A stretch of DNA of 62,542 nt, counting the filler, from Alphaproteobacteria bacterium (lineage in GTDB: Bacteria > Pseudomonadota > Alphaproteobacteria > Caedimonadales > UBA9215), in assembly GCA_024280495.1 (NCBI GenBank). It is 4 parts of 4 records of this genome, joined end to end, with 100 filler letters (N's around TTAATTAATTAA, not from the genome) between each part and the next. Parts side by side here need not be neighbours in the genome. Positions count along the whole stretch, not along the records: positions 58,811 to 62,542 come from JAJRPZ010000043.1; 3 more parts are not named here. The stretch is one strand, 5' to 3'. Of this stretch, positions 58,811 to 62,542 are shown piece by piece. The position numbers and the translations under genes were made by a program. How positions within the stretch are numbered: position 1 is the stretch's first letter; every line of letters begins with the position of its first letter. The notes below the pieces were generated by a model. It saw only the letters and a program-made list of their open reading frames with translations, was not told the DNA's origin and made no database searches.

Positions 58811-60367
58811 CTTCATTAAGGAAGAGTGAGGTATTCCATCGATTTTTTCTGATTTTTCAACAAAAAAGTGACGATCGCCACAAGCAGCCACTTGTGGCGA
58901 ATGGGTAATGGCAAAAACCTGTTTAATTTGACCAAGACGTGCCATACGCTCACCAATGGCCGTCGCAACGGCACCCCCAACGCCACTATCAATTTCATCA
59001 AAAATTAAAATAGAAGCTTGAGTCGTGTGGGCTAAAACGACTTTAAGGGCCAACATAAAACGAGACCGCTCGCCACCCGATGCAATTTTAGAAATTGCGC
59101 CAAATGGCAAACCAGGGTTGGTTTGAACTTGAAATTCCACATGGTCAATGCCATGGGAAGACCATGATTCTGGCGGCAATTCCTGAGGTGAAATATCGAA
59201 TTTAGCTTTTTCAAGGCGCAGAGGTTTCAGCTCTCCCTCAACGGCCTTTGCCAACTTGAGACCAAATTCCCCACGTTTTTTTTGAAGATTTTTAGCTGCG
59301 TTATAGAAAGCTTCTTTCGCTAATTTGAGATCGGCGCGCACCTTATCTAGGGATTCAGATCCGCCTTTTAGCATCGCCAATTCCTTTGAAAACCTTTCAT
59401 AAAGAGTCGGAAGTTCTGGAATTAAGCACCCATGTTTTCTTGAAAGGGCACGGAGCTCATAAAGGCGGTCTTCAACCTGATCCAAAGAGTCGCCCCCTGC
59501 CCCCAATTGATCCTGAAAAGAATTTAAAAAAGCTTCGGCTTCAAGAACATCGCTATGGGCACGACCAAGGGCAGCAAGGGACTCGTCCAATTTTTCAGGG
59601 CAAAGTTTGGCGAGTTTTTCCAAAGTACTCAAGGTTGTTCCCAGGTGATCTAGAATACCACGGTCCCCATTAATCAAACGTAAAGTAGAGCTTGATCCTT
59701 TGGTTATTTTTTCTTGATTTTGTAATAAATTACGTTTTTCCGTAAGGTCGTTTTCCTCATGTTCTTGGGGTGAAATTTTTTCAAATTCCTCGACGGCTAC
59801 TGTCAGAAATTCCTGTTGGTTACGTTGGTCTTCAATGAATTTTTCAGAGGCCGCAAGTTCTTTTAATAAGCAATTATACGTTTTATAAGCATTGCGTGTA
59901 GCAGCGCACTCTTTATGGTACCCACCAAAACGATCCAAAATATCACGGTGGGTTGCTGGTTGGAGAATTTGATCAAATTGTCCGTGAATCTCAATGAGTT
60001 CTTTTGAAAGTGTTTTTAAAAAAGCAGCAGAAACAAGGTGATCATTAAGATAAGACTTTGATTTTCCTTCAGAGGTCACGACCCGACGCAAAATAAGCTC
60101 GCCAGAAAAATAATGGTCATTTTCCAATAATATGGCCGCAACTGGATGGTTTTTTGAGATTTCAAAAACCGCAGACACCATGGCTTGCTCACAACCTGGC
60201 CGTACCATTTTCGAAGACGCTCGCCCTCCAAGGGCTAATCCAAGAGCATCTAAAAGAATAGATTTACCAGCGCCCGTTTCCCCCGTTAAAATGCATAAAC
60301 CAGTAGAAAATTCAATTTCCAGTCGGTGGATCAGGATGACATTTTCAATGACAAGGGTTTGCAGCAT
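58811..60367 (-). CDS. recN: DNA repair protein RecN (3' truncated)
   Basis: LTGETGAGKSILLDAL, IHGQ, IASGGERSRFMLALK, FDEIDSGVGG, ITHSPQVAA. Confidence 0.97.
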
Positions 60368-60379
60368 AAAGGGGTGACC

Positions 60380-61333
60380 TTATTTTTCAGAAGCCTTCTC
60401 AGAAATATTTTCAGAAGCCATCTTACTATTTTTTCTGGCTCCCTTATTCCAATTTTTTAACCGTGACCAAAAACCTTCATCTTTCTCTGATTCAAGTCCA
60501 TGCTCCCCTTCAAAAACTTTGGGTTTTTGAACATTTAATTTTGCATTTGAATCTCCATTCAAAAGCTCATAAGAAGCTGCATACCAACTGCCACCTGGAA
60601 AATTATGTCCAAGAACAGCGGCGGTATTCACCGCTGGCTCTGTCAACCCCATCGCCACATAGCACTCGACAACGCGGTGTAAAGCTTCCTCAACATGACG
60701 TGTTGTTTGATAGCGATCGATAACTTCTTGGAAGCGCGTAATGGCAGCCTGATAAGCTTTTTTTTCCATATAGTAATGCCCTATTTTCATGGACTTACCA
60801 GCCATGGCATCTCTCAACAAAATAATTTTTGCCTTAGCATCCTTTGCATAAGGTGATCCCGAAAAACGAGAAACAAGTTCGTTAAAAGTTCGTGAAGCGT
60901 CTTGGGTATCTTGTTGGTCGCGCTTTGAAGGGCCAATTTGTTCATAATAAGAAAGCCCTGTTAGGTAAAGAGCATAAGGTACATCAGGGTGTGCTGGATG
61001 CAAACCAACAAAGGCTTCGAGAGACGCAATGACATTGTCATATTTTTGACCACGATACTGGGCATAAGCTTCCATGACCTGAGCTTTTATTGCCCATTTT
61101 GAATAAGGATGTTGTCGAGTTACCTCATCAAACAAAGTTGCGGCTTCTGTATACTCACCCTCTTCAAGCTTGTCCTGAGCAGTATTATAAAGCAATTCAA
61201 CACTTTGGTCCTCATAAGGAATTTCATCCTTAGAGCAAGCCGAGATAAAAAGAATCGCAGCAAAGGCTATGGATGCTTTAGATACAGCCACGGAAGTTTT
61301 AGATATAAAAGGTGAAACAACAGTTAAACGCAC
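60380..61333 (-). CDS. bamD: outer-membrane assembly lipoprotein BamD
   Basis: ISAC lipobox, TPR motifs QHPYSKWA, RDQ..T, AAVLGHNFP...WY..SY.LL; GTG start with AGAGG RBS. Confidence 0.92.
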   Translation of the reverse strand: MRLTVVSPFISKTSVAVSKASIAFAAILFISACSKDEIPYEDQSVELLYNTAQDKLEEGEYTEAATLFDEVTRQHPYSKWAIKAQVMEAYAQYRGQKYDNVIASLEAFVGLHPAHPDVPYALYLTGLSYYEQIGPSKRDQQDTQDASRTFNELVSRFSGSPYAKDAKAKIILLRDAMAGKSMKIGHYYMEKKAYQAAITRFQEVIDRYQTTRHVEEALHRVVECYVAMGLTEPAVNTAAVLGHNFPGGSWYAASYELLNGDSNAKLNVQKPKVFEGEHGLESEKDEGFWSRLKNWNKGARKNSKMASENISEKASEK

Positions 61334-61539
61334 GAAAACCTCTTTTATAGAAAATATATTTACTACCTTTTTAGCGCGGATACTCTCCCTTGCCAAGCCC
61401 TGAAGTCGGAATTTCCAATCTTTCACTCTCATGTTTCACGTTGACCTCATTCAAAAAAAAGAAAAAAGGTAGCATTCTTGCTGCGCTTTGATACACTTTA
61501 ACTATAAGGCTTTTATAAAATGCTTAACAGGGTGTAGTC

Positions 61540-62542
61540 GTGTCAGAAAAAAAGAACTCTAAGGTGGGAGGGACTAATCAAATTTCTTTGAAATCAGTGT
61601 TGTCTTTTTTCACCACTCCTTTTAAAGCTCTGCACCATGCCATCGAGAATAAACTCTCTTCAAAAATAGCGACAGAGAACATCAATGCAAAAAAATACAT
61701 TGCATATTCTTTTTACATTTGCGCTCTCCTCACGATTCTCATAACCCTTTCCCATATATTACGTTATAATGCTTATGAGAAAGAATTTACCAGGCAAGTC
61801 ACTTCTAAACTCAGCGCCCAATTTGATGAAACCATCCAACGTTATTTTTCTATGATGTACGGTGCGCGCGCTATTTTTTCTCTATCTCCTAATATCCCTC
61901 TGAGCCAATGGCGACCTTACGCAAAACAAATCATGTATCCAAAGAGATATCCAGGCATCAATACCATTGCTATTATTCGTGCCATCCACAAAAATGATTT
62001 GGAGTCATTCTTAGAAAGAGAACGCACCCTTAATAATAGAGAGCTCACCATAAAATCTCCAAAAAATTATACCCTTTCAGAATATGACATCATTCAATAC
62101 GCCATTTCAAAAAGAGGCGAAAATCCCGAAGGTCTTAATATCCGCCAATATGAAAATGCAAGAAAAACCCTTGATTTAGCCCGTGATGAAGATCGTTCAC
62201 AGGCCTTTTTTCTTGAAAAATTTCGGTCTCAAAACCTTGACGAATATGGCCCTGCTTTTATTATTTATACGCCTATTTACAAGCCATCTCTTCGCATTTC
62301 TGAGTCAGAAAGCAAAGAAGATAAAATATTAAAAAGGCGTCGTCATTTTTTCGGGTGGGTGGGCACTCCCTTTTTTATTCAAAGTTTTTTTCAAGAAGTT
62401 CTCAAAACTGATCCTGATTTTGACAAATTACGCGTCACCCTCGAATTGCCAAATAAGAAAAAAACCATTCTTATTCCTTATTTTCAAAATGAAAAATCAG
62501 AACAGGCAACACCTATTTTCCCCGTTAATACTTTGAAAAGCA
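61540..62542 (+). CDS. CHASE-domain membrane sensor, runs off window (absent from ORF track)
   Basis: Open frame from GTG: TM segment, then YGARAIFSLS..I...QW..Y......RYPGINTIAY...FIIYTPIY...FGWV. Confidence 0.72.
   Translation, partial: MSEKKNSKVGGTNQISLKSVLSFFTTPFKALHHAIENKLSSKIATENINAKKYIAYSFYICALLTILITLSHILRYNAYEKEFTRQVTSKLSAQFDETIQRYFSMMYGARAIFSLSPNIPLSQWRPYAKQIMYPKRYPGINTIAIIRAIHKNDLESFLERERTLNNRELTIKSPKNYTLSEYDIIQYAISKRGENPEGLNIRQYENARKTLDLARDEDRSQAFFLEKFRSQNLDEYGPAFIIYTPIYKPSLRISESESKEDKILKRRRHFFGWVGTPFFIQSFFQEVLKTDPDFDKLRVTLELPNKKKTILIPYFQNEKSEQATPIFPVNTLKS

Overview
AT-rich alphaproteobacterial DNA. The gene set (ctrA, ntrYX, flbD, DUF1476 zeta subunit, rpsT-dnaA) fits a flagellated Holosporales/Rhodospirillales-like organism; that placement is inference. 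The window is four contigs joined by artificial N44-TTAATTAATTAA-N44 linkers (25046-25145, 52873-52972, 58711-58810). Contig 1: sucA'-sucB-lpdA, acnA, a fliF-G-H-N-flbD-flhA-flhF-flhG operon, tRNA-Asp, gloB, ntrY-ntrX-ctrA and an MFS transporter. Contig 2: an arnT/flippase/arnB/arnC cluster, a LysR + small ORF + HExxH cassette, alaS, rpoN, mutY, dciA, a histidine kinase, an amino-acid ABC transporter, a divergent prs, grxD/bolA, MscS-cNMP, ProQ/FinO, a kps-type capsule export cluster and an IS3 end. Contig 3: rpsT-dnaA, MFS, accBC, ygfZ'. Contig 4: recN', bamD and a CHASE sensor'. The best candidate for a new system is an unannotated 21-aa ORF (MKKNSLSNIFSNKNNLSTTVV) with its own RBS, lying between a LysR gene and a stand-alone aKG-HExxH peptide beta-hydroxylase gene, bracketed by remnants of a palindromic repeat. 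It looks like a minimal RiPP or peptide-signalling module. Caveat: fliH and rpsT each lack one A in a homopolymer, and one extra A would fuse the small ORF to the enzyme. Two dispersed TATAG-ended palindromic repeat families are also present, one copy apparently inside a CDS.
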